A stretch of DNA of 64,000 nucleotides from Squalus acanthias (lineage: Eukaryota), in assembly GCA_030390025.1 (NCBI GenBank), contig CM059430.1, forward strand, positions 38,812,001-38,876,000, read 5' to 3'. The position numbers were made by a program, and so were the translations under genes. The stretch's first letter is position 1. Each line of letters opens with the position of its first letter. Below the pieces are notes generated by a model. The model was given only the letters and a program-made list of their open reading frames with translations. It did no database searches and was not told the DNA's origin. Below, piece by piece: positions 50,701 to 64,000 of this stretch.

Positions 50701-52219
50701 ATCCAAAGCTTCAGTATATAATAGAATGTGGTCACTTTCCTATAGAAGGCAAAGTATTAAGGTAGGGCAACAATTTTAACTATATTACCAAATTATATAT
50801 ATATTTTTTTTTTAAAAAGGGGAAGGTTATGACTAATCTCACTGAAAGCATCAATTCTATACATCCATTCTCTTTTAAACTAAGAAAGTTAGGTGAAAGG
50901 CCAACGTCCATTGTGTAGGACACCATCAAAGGATGGGATAAATCAAGTGGTTAGGCAATGCCAAAAAAAATGGAGTTTTAAAATCCTGTAAATTGTAGGA
51001 GAAATGAAAAGACTGAGGGAGATAAAGATGAACAATTTTGAGGTCCCAGGAAAGAATGTTGAAGTTAGAGATGGTGCGATGAGTTTTAATCTCAAATGCA
51101 GAAAATGCAAGGAAGAGCATTTAAAACAGCACGTTTGGAACTTGCGAATCGAGGGCCAAATTCAAAGGCTCAATACCATATTGCACATTGATAAAAATGA
51201 AGTTAAGGGCAAACGCAAGAGAAAGCATGAACTATTAGGGAAGGATCACATAATACACATGCTTTTCTTTCTGCTTCAAGCCACAGTAATTTGCTTTAAA
51301 CCAAAGTTCAATGTATTGCACAAAATAATTTATATGTTCAAACAAATGCATTACAAAGAAAAAAGGGGAACCTTTATTCAGTTCAAACACCTACTTATTC
51401 TTCAGTTGTTACAGAAGACATCCCTTTACTTTAAAATACTATCACATTGCAACACACTGAGAACTAAGGTTTCTGAAATGATTGTTGTGGGTTCTTTCCA
51501 CCCCCCCACCCCAAATAATTAGAAACTTCATTTAAGAGGTGTATATCAATACATTAAAGAAATTTAATTACTTTAATTGGGATATACTGAACATATTGTT
51601 TCTCATCAAATCAACGCAGCACTTTTACAATGCTCAGTACAAAAGAAAGCAGTCAAGTGAACTGTTGTACAAATCTGGCCAAGATAATACTGTATGGTGA
51701 TATTTGCTCAATTTACTCCAGTAGATACTCACGTGGAGGGCATCTGTGTTGCTAAAAGCAGGTCAGAGTACATTTTAGGTCTCCATTAAAAAAAAAGTAT
51801 CACCATACAATAAAATCTTCTGAAAAAAATTCTCAAAAACAGGAGAAATTTTTAACGAGCATCTAACAAATGAAATAATAAACAACCACCACGAAAGATA
51901 CATTTATCAAAGAGGTTTTCCCAACCTTTTCAAAACCATTCATGGAGACATTTAAAAATTACAAAAAAATGGTCCTTATACATGACATTGGGCATACACC
52001 TTCAAAAAGGAACTTGAACTTACAATGGGATCTTTCTAAAATGCTAAAATACTACAGTTTACAATTCACAGTCTGTGACTATTCATCAAGGTGTCCCGCG
52101 GTATTGGTACGGTATGGTATGGTGTCTTATACTTCTGGTGCTCTTCAAACAATGTTGTGTTGGACATACAAACTCCACTCCAAAGCAGTGTGCATTCCGA
52201 TGCTTCAAGTGGGCACTCC

Positions 52220-52260
52220 TTACTGCAGCTGGAGTCTAGGGCCTAGTTTTAATGGATGAC
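52220..52260 (-). CDS. NCOA5-like gene, terminal coding exon (GHPLKLGPRLQLQ*)
   Basis: Acceptor ttctttgttttattgtag|GT; phase 1 matches the previous exon; TAA stop followed by AT-rich 3' UTR-like sequence. Confidence 0.65.
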
Positions 52261-52411
52261 CTACAATAAAACAAAGAAGATATTTACTTACTGTGCAAGT
52301 ATCTTGATCCACTAACAAGTTCAGGCTGTTTTGTCTTACAACACATTTAAAATATTTTCTTGAAGAGCAATAGCTACTTAAGAATGCAGCACAGAACAAG
52401 CTCATTCTTAA

Positions 52412-53415
52412 GAACATAAAAACAAAAATAGGAGCAGGAGTAGGTCATACGGCCCGCCATTCAATATCATAGCTGATCTTCTACCTCAACTCCACTTTCC
52501 CACCCTATTCCCATATCCCTTGATTCCCTTAGTGTCCAAAAATTGATCGATCTCTCTCTCGAATATACTCAACAACTGAGTATTCACAGCACTCTGTGGT
52601 AGAGAATTCCAAAGATTCACAACCCTCTGAAATGAAGAAATTTCTCCTCATCTCAGTCCTAAATGGCCGACCCTTTATCCTGAGACTATGACCCCAAGTT
52701 CTAGACTCTCCAGCCAGGGAAAACAACCTCTCAACATCTACCCTGTCAAGCCAGCTAAGAATTTTATACATTTCAATGAGATCACTTCTCACTCTTCTAA
52801 ACTCCAGAGAATTTAGGCCCATTCTACTCAATCTCGTCTCATAGTACAATCCCAGAAATCAACCTAGGTGAACCTTTGTTGCACCGCCGTCAAGGCAAAT
52901 ATATCCTTCCTTAGGTAAGGAGACCAAAACTGTACACAATACTCGAGGTGTGGTCTCACCAAAGCTCTATATAATTGCAGCAAGACTTCCTTACTCACTC
53001 TTGTACTCCAACCCCCTTACAATAAAAGGCCAACATACCATTTGCCTTCCTAATTGCTTGCTGTACCTGCATGTTAACTTTGTTTTGTGTACAAAGTGAT
53101 CCAAATCCCTCTGCATACCATTTACTAGTCTTTCACCTAAAAAATATTCTGCTTTTCTATACTTCTGACCAAAGTAGATAATTTCACATTTCCCCACCTT
53201 CTTGCCCTGACTTAACCTGTCTATATCCCATTGCAGCTTCCTCACAGCTTACTTTCGCACCTAGCTTTGTATCGTCAGCAAACTTGGATACAGTACATTC
53301 TGTCTCAAAGTAATTGATATGGATTGTAAATAGCAGAGGCCCAAGTATTGATCCTTGTGCACCCCACTAGTTACAACCTGCCAACCTGAAAATGACCAGT
53401 TTAATCCTACTCTTC
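52412..53415 (-). mobile_element. CR1 3' fragment in an NCOA5-like intron
   Basis: RLSRMGLNSLEFRRVRSDLIEMYKIL and RT remnants up to the GSILG region; 3' tail at about 52412. Confidence 0.88.
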
Positions 53416-53419
53416 GTTT

Positions 53420-53930
53420 GCATCATTGATAGTTCTCATCTCTTCTGACTGCTCTTAGTGTTGCAACATTGATTTTGTTTTAAACTTATTTCACCTCTGC
53501 AGCCATGCCTTCTAAATGTCTCTTGGCTTTGTTAACCTATTTCTGCACATGCTTATATTCACCCCAGTGAACTTCCTCCCCTTTCAGGATTTGTAGGGCT
53601 CACATTTCCTCTCAATTTCACTTTTCATTTGTTTGTTAATCCATTTATGGTCACGTTTGTTTAGTCAGTTGTCAATTTTAGATATGTATTTTTCCTGCAT
53701 CCTCAGCAATTTTTAAAAAAATGATATTCTACTCTACTGAAGTGTTGTTGAACATACTCCTCCAATCCATTTGCTTTAGTTGTTCCTTCATTTCTCTGAA
53801 CTTAGCCCTTTTAAAGTTAGAAATATGGCTCCTGGTACTTGGTACCTCAGAGTCCCAGATCGTATTAAATTTGATCCCTCTGTGGTACTTGTCCCCCAGG
53901 AATAATACATCTGCCATTTCCTGTAACTTG
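53420..53930 (-). mobile_element. Older CR1-like EN/linker fragment
   Basis: GDKYHRGIKFN..NFKRAKFREMKEQLKQMDW resembles the post-endonuclease region of CR1 ORF2. Confidence 0.55.
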
Positions 53931-54389
53931 TCTAGAAATGGAACAAATCCCCCCCAAAAAAAGGCAACAACAAATGTATTCTATAAAACTTCATTAGCAA
54001 TATAGTCATGGACTGGAAAACATTGGGGAAAGGACACACTTCCTACAGAACAAGCTTAAAAGAGCTCCATGTATTGATGTGGCAAGATGTCTTTTTAGCT
54101 GTTGGAAAATTGCTGCAATATTACCTTAAGTGAAAATATTTTAAAAAAGCATTCAGACATTTCTTGAACAAAATGTTGGTTATTTTTATCTACTGCATGG
54201 CACAGTACAGGAGACTATAAAAAGACACCTTTGTAATGCAAAGTTAATTACCTTGTAAAATGATGCTCAGAAATATAGATGAAACATTCTGAACTCAATT
54301 CAAACAGGTTTTACAATCTTGTAATGCTTGAAATTACATACAAGATATTTGGCAGCAGAATGCAAAATGTTTGGGGAAAAAATGCTAAC

Positions 54390-54581
54390 CTGGTGCAGGC
54401 AGAAGAGCCCTGATTGGCCGATCACCCAAAAGCGGAGGTTTTTTCTGAGAAAGTGGTGCATGACCCAAAAGGGGTGGCCTGCCTGGTGTTGGAAGAAGGG
54501 GCTTAGGCTTGCTGGATGATTGTGAAACACTGCCTACATCATAGAAACTTTCAGTTCCAGTGGGTTGTTGAACGAGAGAGG
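54390..54581 (-). CDS. NCOA5-like gene exon (Pro/Leu-rich: KPKPLLPTPGRPPLLG..KPPLLGDRP..LLPAP)
   Basis: tttactttccag| acceptor and CCAG|gttag donor; 192 bp, phase 1 to 1, open frame. Confidence 0.8.
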
Positions 54582-56174
54582 CTGGAAAGTAAATAAAAGA
54601 AAAAAAAGTTTAATGCATAAGTGCACATTAATACACAATCTACACCTCTTAATTTAAATCTTAAAGCACTAAATTCCCACTTGCTGCTATTATTTATGTT
54701 TAATTGAAATTGCTGTCTTTTTGCACAGAAACAACTTGGAATTATCAGCAGAATGCATAATAAGCTTAAAGGTCAGTAAGTGATTTTATAATTGCTAAAA
54801 GCATAATTTTGCAAGCATTACACAAACATTTTTTCAGCACCTTGACTCAAGCAAGATTGGAATACATTTTCCCTTCTTCAGAAAATTACAGATGTGAAAG
54901 TTCCAAAATAAATATCAATGCTCTTTTAGAAAGGAGCTGGGCAGGTTATGAAAGTAATTGAGAATTACAGGAATACATACAACAATGGAAATGACACCTG
55001 TACAATGCAACTAATCCAAATTGTATAATAACCAGATAAAACATTACACAAGTTCTGAAGTTTGCTCATTTACCTTCATGTGGCCATTGAAAAATTTCAG
55101 TTCTTTCTTCCTGGAAGTTTTGCCAATTACTGTTCACCTCTATCAAAACATACAAGTATGCATCATATTATCAAATTACTGTTAAGTTTGCAACAATTAT
55201 TAAGACCAACATACGTGAAGGCATAAGCACATAATCAAGGTTCCACATCAGAGTCAAATCAAACCTCTGTATAGCACTACAGCAAGGGTGTCCAAACTGC
55301 AGCCCTAAGACCACATGTAGCCCAATCCCTTAACAGTCTGGCTCCCACACAACCGAGTCCTATTTGTGCTTATATTACCTGGTTTGAATTTTGTGGGTCT
55401 GGAAGTTTGGAAAAGGCCGTTTTTTAGTGCAGGTAGACAAACCCTAAAAATCAGATGCGTCAGTAAAAGCAACTTCAGATACATGCAAATTTATTGGAAA
55501 ATAGATTTAAACTTCATATGTATATTTAAATGCAGTGCAGCGTGATCCTTTCCTCAAGGTATTCAGTTTCTAACATGCACTTATCAGAGATAGGGGGACA
55601 CTACACCAGCAGCTGTCTACCACCAACCCATCCTTAGCAGTCTTATCTCCATGTGCAGTGATCTCTCAGCTAATCTGTGTGTTTTGGAGAAGATTGAATT
55701 AGCGACCTACAAGCAGCACCAATATTCAGTCCCATGGAATAAGAGTATGCATATTCAATCCTTCACTACACTTTTGAACCTCAATGCACAAGGAGGTAAG
55801 AGATTGGTACTGGCTGTAGTCAGAAAAGCCATCTGGTAGCCCCCTCAGTGGAATTGTCCTGATCAGTTTTGATCTCCAGAAATTAAACCATTCCTCAGAT
55901 TTTTCCAGTTATGTATCTTAACCTTATTAGATTATTGAGCATCGTTACCAGAAACGTATTGTCTAGTCGATGCTATTTTTCATAAATGGCTCAAACGGTA
56001 ATAAATCTATACAATAGTTTGAGGTGCACATGTATTTTTAGTTCTGATCAGCATTCACAATATCTAACTAAAAACAACAGCAGTGAAATTAATTTCAACA
56101 ATTGCTTAGATTCTTGAGTGGATTCTACTGATATGAACCCACTATACAGGCAGAATTATTAATTCTTAACTAAC

Positions 56175-56456
56175 CTCCTTCAAGGTCCTCTTTTCTTTTG
56201 TTCAAGTAGTCAACCACTTTCTGCAGCTCCTCAGCATAAAGATGCTTTCCATCACCTAGCAGAAACAGGAGATGCCGGACGCTGCTTGGCACAACATGGC
56301 TTTCATCGTACGACTCACGATGAAGGTAATCATCTGCCAAATTAGCTGCTTTGTGTGCAATCTCAAGTCGCTCTTTTTCCAGATTTTCACCAAATATGCG
56401 TTGGTGTTCACGAGAAATCAGGTCCAAAGCATCTTCCAAAGGCATATTACGATGTT
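56175..56456 (-). CDS. NCOA5-like gene exon (EHRNMPLEDALDLISRE..RHLLFLLGDGKHLYAEELQKVVDYL)
   Basis: ttcttcaacag|AACATCGT acceptor and GGAG|gttag donor; 282 bp. Matches the NCOA5 EHRNMP motif and the LxxLL-containing helix. Confidence 0.9.
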
Positions 56457-56679
56457 CTGTTGAAGAAAGGCAACTTCATTTTTGATCTGATATCACTGCA
56501 AACCTGGGAAAGAAAGCTCTTCAGTGTGTTAAGTGCACACTGAGGATGTTTTTATAACTTACTAGCAAAGATTCTGGAATAAACCACAGTGGCGTTGTCA
56601 CTGGGATTTCAATCAAGTGGAATGATGAAAAAACTAAAAGATTTTGTGTGGACAGAGCTTTTGAAAGCTAAAGATAGTG

Positions 56680-56686
<7 letters not shown>

Positions 56687-56724
<38 letters not shown>
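56687..56724. repeat. (GA)n microsatellite
   Basis: Direct reading of the sequence. Confidence 0.95.
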
Positions 56725-56728
<4 letters not shown>

Positions 56729-56816
56729 CTTACTCCAAACAGCTCAAGCATTTTGCACAAATTATTTTTGAAGTTCAATCATTTATATAGGGATACTACA
56801 TAACTGTACTGTAGGT

Positions 56817-57256
56817 CAGGAGTGTCCAAGGCATGGACCACAGTCCAAACCCAGCCTACAAGTTCCCTTCATCCTGACCACAAGCCTCTAGTAGATCCTT
56901 TCATCTTTGCATGACTGGCCAACCCATCCTTCAGACCTGGAAATTTTAAAAAGCTGAAGATGTCAATTTTTCCAAGCTGTGTTTCTATGCGTGTGTGTGG
57001 GGAATGATTTATGAGGAAAAAGGGATGAAAACGAGGAAGAGGATAAAGGAGGAAGAAAAGGGGAGAGCAAGCTTGGGTGTGTGTCTATGGAGGGAGGGGT
57101 TTCGCCCTTTGTGTATGGCAGGTTTAGATTTTGTGTGCATTAGAACAAAAGCATTTTTGTATGTGAAGGCTCACATTTCTGTGCAATCATATGAAGCCCA
57201 CTCACTGGCTTTGATATGTTTATCTGGTCCCCAGCTCAAAATGTTGGACATCTCAG
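56817..57256. mobile_element. Old hAT (Charlie-type) MITE
   Basis: Imperfect TIRs caggagtgtccaa / ttggacatctcag with degenerate 8-bp TSDs ctgtaggt / ttgtagat (NTCTAGAN-like). Confidence 0.5.
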
Positions 57257-58560
57257 TTGTAGATTTCAAGTCTGGCACTGGTGCTGGAAGCAATTTGAGA
57301 TGATAAACTATGTGTACTGAAAATTAAGGATATTATCTTAATATGCTTGTTACAACAGTATAAAACTGGTGAAATAAAGATTTAAAATGGTTTCTATATC
57401 TGTTAATTTTTAATGCTGATCATTCAGCAGAATTTTAAAAGCAGTTAATCGGAGAGAGTTAAATTAATCCAAACTTTGAAAGGTTATATAAAGCATGGGG
57501 AAAGTTTACAGTGTCTTTAAATTAGGGAAGAGGAAACAAAATTTTCCATGGTTCCTCCAATAGCTGCCCAGTGATGCCTGGAAATTTGACCACGTGGATA
57601 TGGTAAGCTCGTCAATGATTGAACAGTCTGACTACACTCACTGCTCAGGTTAGAAAATGAAGAACAGCCACTGAAGCAAGAAATGATAGCCCCGCTGGTA
57701 CCTGGGGAGCCATATCCTAACAGAGACAGAGGTGAAAATAAATTAAAATCTATCCATTCGTAGTGTCAATTCCAGCTCAACTGACATCAGTGATGAATTG
57801 ATATGAAACAGAAATTTGTAACCTTTCCTAACTGGAATGGAAACAATGAGAAGGTTTACAGGAACCAGTTCCTTCAGAGACTAAGCGCACTAATAGTCAG
57901 ACATCTTGGGTAGGTATGTCTAAGAATCAGGGTTTGCCCAATGAAAAAACAAACAAGTAACCTACTGCAAATAAGTTGTCTAGGAAAATGGATGTTGGTT
58001 ATGTACAATCGCACAAAACTGCAAGGGAAAAACAATCTCAGCCTCTTGCAGGCCCAGTAACATATGGCAGGTGGTACTACCTTACTGCATTATGGTTAGA
58101 CCACATTTCCTCAGTGAGTTCCAATTTCAGTCAGGTAATCAAGTACCAAGCAAATGAGCAGTGTTTCACTGCCACTTCTTGCAAAGAGGGAAAAAAAAGG
58201 CAACTCATGGAGCTCGAACTCTCTTCCCTAAAAGCAGAAACACACCAGCACTTTGCTTGCCCAACAAAAGAATAAACTGTACATGATGCAGACATCAATC
58301 TCAATACTAGGAAAAACAAATTGTTTAAAACCTCATCATTTTGTTTTATTAAAATACTTGGGAAAGAAATACCTCAATAGAGCCATATGAATAAATATAA
58401 ATGTTTGGGAATATGTAATTTGGCACAAGAACAATGCATTCCAGATTATGAGCATCAAGTTACATAATACCACAAAAATTTCAATGAAAATGTAATGACA
58501 TCATTGGGGCTCTACACCTCAAGAATTCTAGATGTGTCTTTACAGAAACTGAAAATGTAC

Positions 58561-58760
58561 CTTTGTGGCCAGCATACAAAATAATCACCGTGCACGATGA
58601 AAGAGACTGATGTTCTCCACCAACGACAACACAAAATGGGGAACCTTCTTCTCGAACATCTTTCAAAGCAGTATCAAGAGCCAACTCTAATTTAAGGTAC
58701 ACAAGATCCACAAGAAGTCCCAGTTCTTGCACTCGTCGCCCTATCAGTTTGGCATAATCC
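58561..58760 (-). CDS. NCOA5-like gene exon (DYAKLIGRRVQELGLLVDLVYL..GSPFCVVV..HQSLSSCTVII)
   Basis: ttttaag| acceptor and AAAG|gtac donor; 200 bp, phase 2 to 1. Similar to NCOA5 DYAESVGRKVRDLGMVVDLIFL..GSPFAIVI..SCTVNI. Confidence 0.92.
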
Positions 58761-60359
58761 CTTAAAATTGAAATAGTGAATATTTTCCAGTTAGGTACTC
58801 AAACAAAACATGATTGAAAACATTTTTAAGTTGCTAGAATTTCACAGATTTTTCAAAAACAATATCCCAGAGAGTAAGATGCTAAAATAATTGAGTACAC
58901 ATGCAGACGAGGGAATTTTTTGCATTAAAAAAATTGCAAAACTTGGTTTAAATTCTTATTATGCAGTGACTTCCTTCCCAAGTGGACTGGCATCACCTTG
59001 GTTAGGATGACATTTAAGCTCTCATTCTTGATTGCGAATGCTTTCAGAAACCAAGTCTGAACACTGAACCATGTTTCACAGCAAATTTTGCAAACAAGAG
59101 GCTAGTCACTGCTTCGCAATTTAATAGAAATACGTTCTTTTTAAACAACTGCTTGAGTACAAGGCCAATGGAGGGCTATACCCTCAAATAGTCCTTACAT
59201 TTTCCTAGAAAGGGTTAAATAGCTGGGTATTCAATCTCCATTGCAACACATGACTAATTGTCAAAGTTGTAGTGGGTTGGCTGGTTAGCCAATTAAAGCC
59301 TATAATCCAGAACAAAGACATTCATAGAGGAACTGTTGAGAATTATGTATAGAACTAAAGCAGCAAATTACACATCCTATTCTGATATTTTGACTTTAAA
59401 ATCAAGTTAAGCTAAATCTCTCAAGTTCCATGACAAACTATGACAATAAGATAGACTCTGGACTGAAACAGCTCAGGTGAATTTAAAACCAGATTCCTGC
59501 TCAAAAAAAAAAATCAGATGGCAGCATCAATTGCATCTGGACAAATGGCTATTCATGAAATGGAGTATGTGTGCCTATGATAATCTCTGTACAACCCTCA
59601 GACTGTTGGCAATTCCAAGGAGATTCCAATTTCCCAGGGATGCCCATTTTCACCTTTGTAAAAGTTTTCAGCTTACACATTGCGACACTGAAACACACTA
59701 TAACTGAAAAAAGCTACTCATGTATCAGCAACTTTATTTACTGCAATATTAACTCTATGCAACTAAAGTAAACACCATCAAGAAAAGGGAAGTTTTAAAC
59801 ACTTTACTTCAACTTCCTTCCCCATACCAGTCTTAATAATAAAACCCATTTTAACATCTCACTTAATTTAACCATGAAAATCACCTCAAAATCACAAATT
59901 CAAATTGATCTTAAATTTATTCATCCAGCGTGGTCAACATTACATGTTTTGCTAAGCCTTTTATAGACAAATTTGGTTCCCAGGTCTGTCTCTATTGCAG
60001 TCTAATTTTTCGAGCACATATATCCATTGAAAATATTTAAAATGAGGTTATTTCCTGATAAACTCTGCTTCAAGTTCAACCTCAATATACAAATCACTGG
60101 TTGGTTGATTTAGAGTACCTAAATTAGGAATACTGCAGCCTAGATTGTGAATTTCATAGGAAACACATTATATGGAGAGTCAATGGATACTTCTATACTT
60201 TTAGTAAATTTTGCAAATGATCTGGTAAAACTTCAGAAGCAGCTTTCACACAGACAAGTGCATTTTGTTTCAAAATACTAAAACTGATATCCTGCACCGC
60301 ATTGAAATTAAGTACATGGAAGTATTAAAGCAAATGCTAGACAATAAAAATTTCACAGT

Positions 60360-60790
60360 TGGATCCCAATGACTAAGATGGTTAAGGCAATCCTATCGTG
60401 CATTGGGTACGGATTGTAAATCGCATGACCAATTTAACACTAGTGTTCAATTTGGATGCAATAAATTTTGTAGTAGGAAGGTTCCAGATTTGGTCCTGGT
60501 CTCAGCCAGGGTTGGACTCAATGCCCTTGGGTTATGGAGCAGATCATCAGCTGGGGCTTCCACTCACGTTTGCGATCCAGAGATCGGAGACATATACACA
60601 GACACATAAATTTTGCATACATGCATAGATACAAACAGGCCAGAACAGGTCAGGCTCTACTATGATGCATCTCCCTCCTCCACCCAATTCCAACAACCTG
60701 TCAAGGCTCAAATATGAATAATGGTCCCTTGGATGAGATTTCAGAGAGAGAGAGTGACTACTTCCTATGGAACTATATCCCAACCACAAA
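60360..60790 (+). mobile_element. Ancient LF-SINE-like element (a second 3' piece at about 57600-57740)
   Basis: Recalled LF-SINE-type blocks: ggaaggttccag..tctcagccaggg..ctcaatgcccttggg..tcagctgggg..ctgtcaaggctcaaatatgaataatgg. Diverged. Confidence 0.45.
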
Positions 60791-61217
60791 TCAACACCTT
60801 TAGGAGGTGGTGAGGGGAGAAATTGAGGGAGAAGGAACCATCTTGATACTGATTTTTTTTAAATTTGAAATCTTAAGATACATAGATAGAACTCTTAAGC
60901 ACCAAGAATTCTACCCCTTCTTCCCATTTATATCGCATTGTAAGGTTTTTTTTGGGTGCACTAATATTTTCACCAATGATTAAGAATTAATAGGTGCATA
61001 ATCTGAAGATAGATAGCCATTATTCATTCTCTTAAAATAAAATCAGTCATATGACATTTTCTGCAGTTAAATTAAACTCTGGTACCAAGTTAGTCACACA
61101 AATTGCAATCTCAGACTCGTGCAGGGTAGAAATCTGAATGGTGTGGATTTATAATTTATACATGCCCAATATCCAACAATGAGCACTAAAGTAAACAATA
61201 TTACTCAGGAAATTTAC

Positions 61218-61347
61218 CCCTGTTGTTTGCTTAGGGCTATAACTACACAGTCAGCATGTTTTTCTTTATTGTAGTCATCCTCAATCTCTTTATAGAACTG
61301 CTGATAAAGCTCATCTCGACGATTATCATCTGGTCTGCAGCTGTCTT
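61218..61347 (-). CDS. NCOA5-like gene exon (RRDELYQQFYKEIEDDYNKEKHADCVVIALSKQQ)
   Basis: ttgtttacag| acceptor and CAGGG|gtaaat donor; 130 bp, phase 1 to 2. Similar to NCOA5 REELYRQYFEEIQRRFDAERPVDCSVIVVNKQ. Upstream exons not located. Confidence 0.9.
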
Positions 61348-61858
61348 CTGTAAACAAGAATGTACAATTAAATAGTTAATTCATTTCTGAATACATCAAC
61401 TGTTTCATTTTTGTTCTTTCCAATATAATGGCCCAAGTATGCCTCCTTATCTAGTGGGTGGGGAGAAGATTGACAAACCTGTTAAAGTTAGTTTAGATTA
61501 ATGCAACATTTAACGTTAAGCTGATTTGCCATGTGATGTCTTTGGGGGAAATGTTTATTTAAAATAATGTGCTTCAACCTCACTCCTGTTTAAAATATTT
61601 TCAGGTCTGAATAAGTAGTTTTCAAATAATGCGGAATGCCTCTTCACACATACTTACAATCTGCAGTTTATTGCCAACTCCAAAACAACTGCGAATTTCA
61701 ATGCAGGTGGCAATTAATCTACCTTTGTATTAAAATCTTACATCTGAATGCACTTCCTGTCTGCATCATTTGACTTCCTGCTGTCAGGAAATGTTAATGG
61801 AAATAGTTAACACTATGTATTGTCTATGTGAATTTGTCATACTGTAGTTACATAATCG

Positions 61859-61875
61859 AGCCACTAGGTGGCTTT
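61859..61875 (+). promoter_or_regulatory. Candidate CTCF site
   Basis: agCCACTAGGTGGCt matches the CTCF core CCACYAGRKGGC. Motif match only. Confidence 0.4.
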
Positions 61876-62574
61876 CTGCCTAGTCTGTGAACAGCCGCAC
61901 AAATCAACTCAAAAATTTCAGAGCACGCACCTGCCATATTGTTTTCTGCTGCTCAGGCCAAGTTTTTCTATCACGTTAACAGTTAATTATCATTGTGAAC
62001 TTAATTGTAATTTATTGCATTTTCTTAACTTGATGTAATCTCTCAATAAGTCATTAGCCTGCTCTTCCCACTCAAGAACTCAAATTTAAAAATCAGGGTT
62101 TTCACCTCTCCTATTTGAGCAGCTTAATGCTTTCCTTCCACTCACCTGCACGACTGGTGACCATATCAATTTTATCTTCCAGCCAATGTAAATGTAGAAC
62201 TTTAATGTGAAAACATAATTGAAATTTTAGTTCATTTAATCCCTCAAACCCTGACCTCGTGGCCTAAAGTCACAGGCTTCACTATGCACCGCTACCCATT
62301 ACCTGCAGCAACAGCACTGGTTGCAGCCATGTGTTCCCGTCCATCGGCAGAACAAAGCAGTCTAATGGTGCAAGCTATTTAATGCACTTTGCCCTGTTAA
62401 TCTAGGCAATAAATCTGAAAATGTTCTCAACCACATAGCTCAAATCACATGATTTCCCCCACTACTGAGCAGCATTTCCTGATGTAGGATGTCAAAACAC
62501 CCACCAATCACAGCATTTTCTCCCTGAATTTGACATTGCCCCACAACATATCTTAAACTCCCCACCCCCATCAT

Positions 62575-64000
62575 CATAAGAAATAGTAGCAGGAGTAGGC
62601 CATTCGGCCCCTCGAGCCTGCTCCGCCATTCAATAAGATTATGGCTGATCTTCTACCTTATCTCCACTTTCCTGCACGATCCCCATATCCCTTGATTCCC
62701 TTAATATCTAAAAATCTATCGATCTCTGTCTTGAATATACTCAACGACTGAGCCTCCACAGCCTTCTGGGGTAGAGAATGCCAAAGATTCACCACCTTCT
62801 GAGTGAAGAAATTTCTCCTCATCTCAGTCCTAAATGGCCGACCCCTTATTCTGAGACTGTGACCCCTGGTTCTAGACTCTCCAGCCAGGGGAAACATCCT
62901 CCCTGCATCTACCCTGTCAAGCCCTGTAAGAAATTTGGATGTTTCAATGAGATCACCTCTCATTCTTCTAAACTCTAGAGAATATAGGCCTAGTCTACTC
63001 AATCTCTCCTCATAGGACAATCCCCCCATCCCAGAAACCAGTCTGGTGAACCTTCGTTGCACTCCCTCTATGGCAAGCATATCCTTCAAGCATAAGGAGA
63101 CCAAAACTGTACACAATACTCCAGGTGTGGTCTCACCAAGGCCCTATATAATTGCAGTAAGACATCTTTACTCTTATATTCAAATCCTCTTGTAATAAAG
63201 GCCAACATACCATTTGCTTTTCTAATTGCTTGCTGTACTTGCATGTTAACTGTCAGTGATTCGTGTACAAGGACACCCAGGTCCCTCTGAACACCAACAT
63301 TTCCCAATCTCTCACCATTTAAAAAATACTCTGCTTTTCTATTTTTCCGACCAAAGTGGAGAACTTCACATTTCTCCACATTATATTCCATTTGCTATGC
63401 TCTTGCCCACTCACTTAGCCTGTCTATATCCCCTTGAAGCCACTTTGCATCCTCCTCACAACTTACATTCCCACCTAGCTTTGAATCATCAGCAAACTTG
63501 GATATATTACATTTGGTCCCCTCATCCAAATCATTGATATAGATTGTGAATAGCTGTGGTCCAAGCACTGATCCTTGCGGTACTCCACTAGTTACAGCCT
63601 GCAAACCTGAAAATGACCCGTTTATTCCTACTCTGTTTTCTGTCTGTTAACCAAACCTCAATCCATGCTAGTATATTACCCATGAGCCCTAATATTGTTC
63701 AATACCCTCGTGTGGCACCTTATCGAATGCCTTCTGAAAATCCAAATACACCACATCCACTTCATCTATTCTGCTAGTTACAACTTCACAAACACTCGTC
63801 AAACAGGATTTCCCTTTCATAAATCCATATTAACTCTGCCCAATCCTATTATTATTTTCTTAGTGCCCTGTTACCACATCATTAATAATAGATTCTAGCA
63901 TTTTCCCTACTATGGATGTCAGGCTAACTGGTCTGTAGTTCCCCGTTTTCTCTCTTCCCCTCCTTTCTTAAATAATGGGGTTACATTTGCTACCTTGCAA
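62575..64000 (-). mobile_element. CR1 LINE 3' part, continuing beyond the window
   Basis: [26 protein letters not shown]; [15 protein letters not shown]; 3' tail at about 62575. Confidence 0.92.

Noticed and set aside
51004-51522. 172-aa plus-strand ORF
   Set aside because: AT-rich, no motif, and antisense to the probable 3' UTR of the NCOA5-like gene.
56457-56505. Alternative acceptor at 56504 for the NCOA5-like exon
   Set aside because: It would give a 329-bp exon and break the frame. The 56457 acceptor restores EHRNMP.
1-64000. CRISPR array, operons or prokaryotic RT systems (retron/DGR)
   Set aside because: No repeat-spacer array. All RTs are eukaryotic non-LTR, Penelope or Gypsy types, and the host genes are spliced.

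Overview
Vertebrate, very likely cartilaginous fish (shark), genomic DNA. The inference rests on HE1-like V-SINE, Deu-domain SINEs, shark-type CR1/L2 LINEs and Penelope elements. Two spliced host genes lie on the minus strand. (1) A CpG-island promoter and a 40-bp first coding exon (11014-11053, MSRRKQSKPRAVK, NuRD-recruiting motif) of a ZNF423/ZNF521-family zinc-finger gene, which the ORF track misses. (2) The last five coding exons (61347 to 52220) of a divergent NCOA5 paralog. Most remaining sequence is nested transposable elements: two two-gene Harbinger transposons, Harbinger and hAT MITEs, many CR1 copies, an L2, a decayed Gypsy-like pol, Penelope elements carrying minimal hammerhead-ribozyme motifs, and a single-ORF CR1-group LINE that begins with a tRNA-like Pol III head. 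Family names come from motif recognition and recall only; no searches were run. Boundaries without a stated TSD or splice site are approximate.
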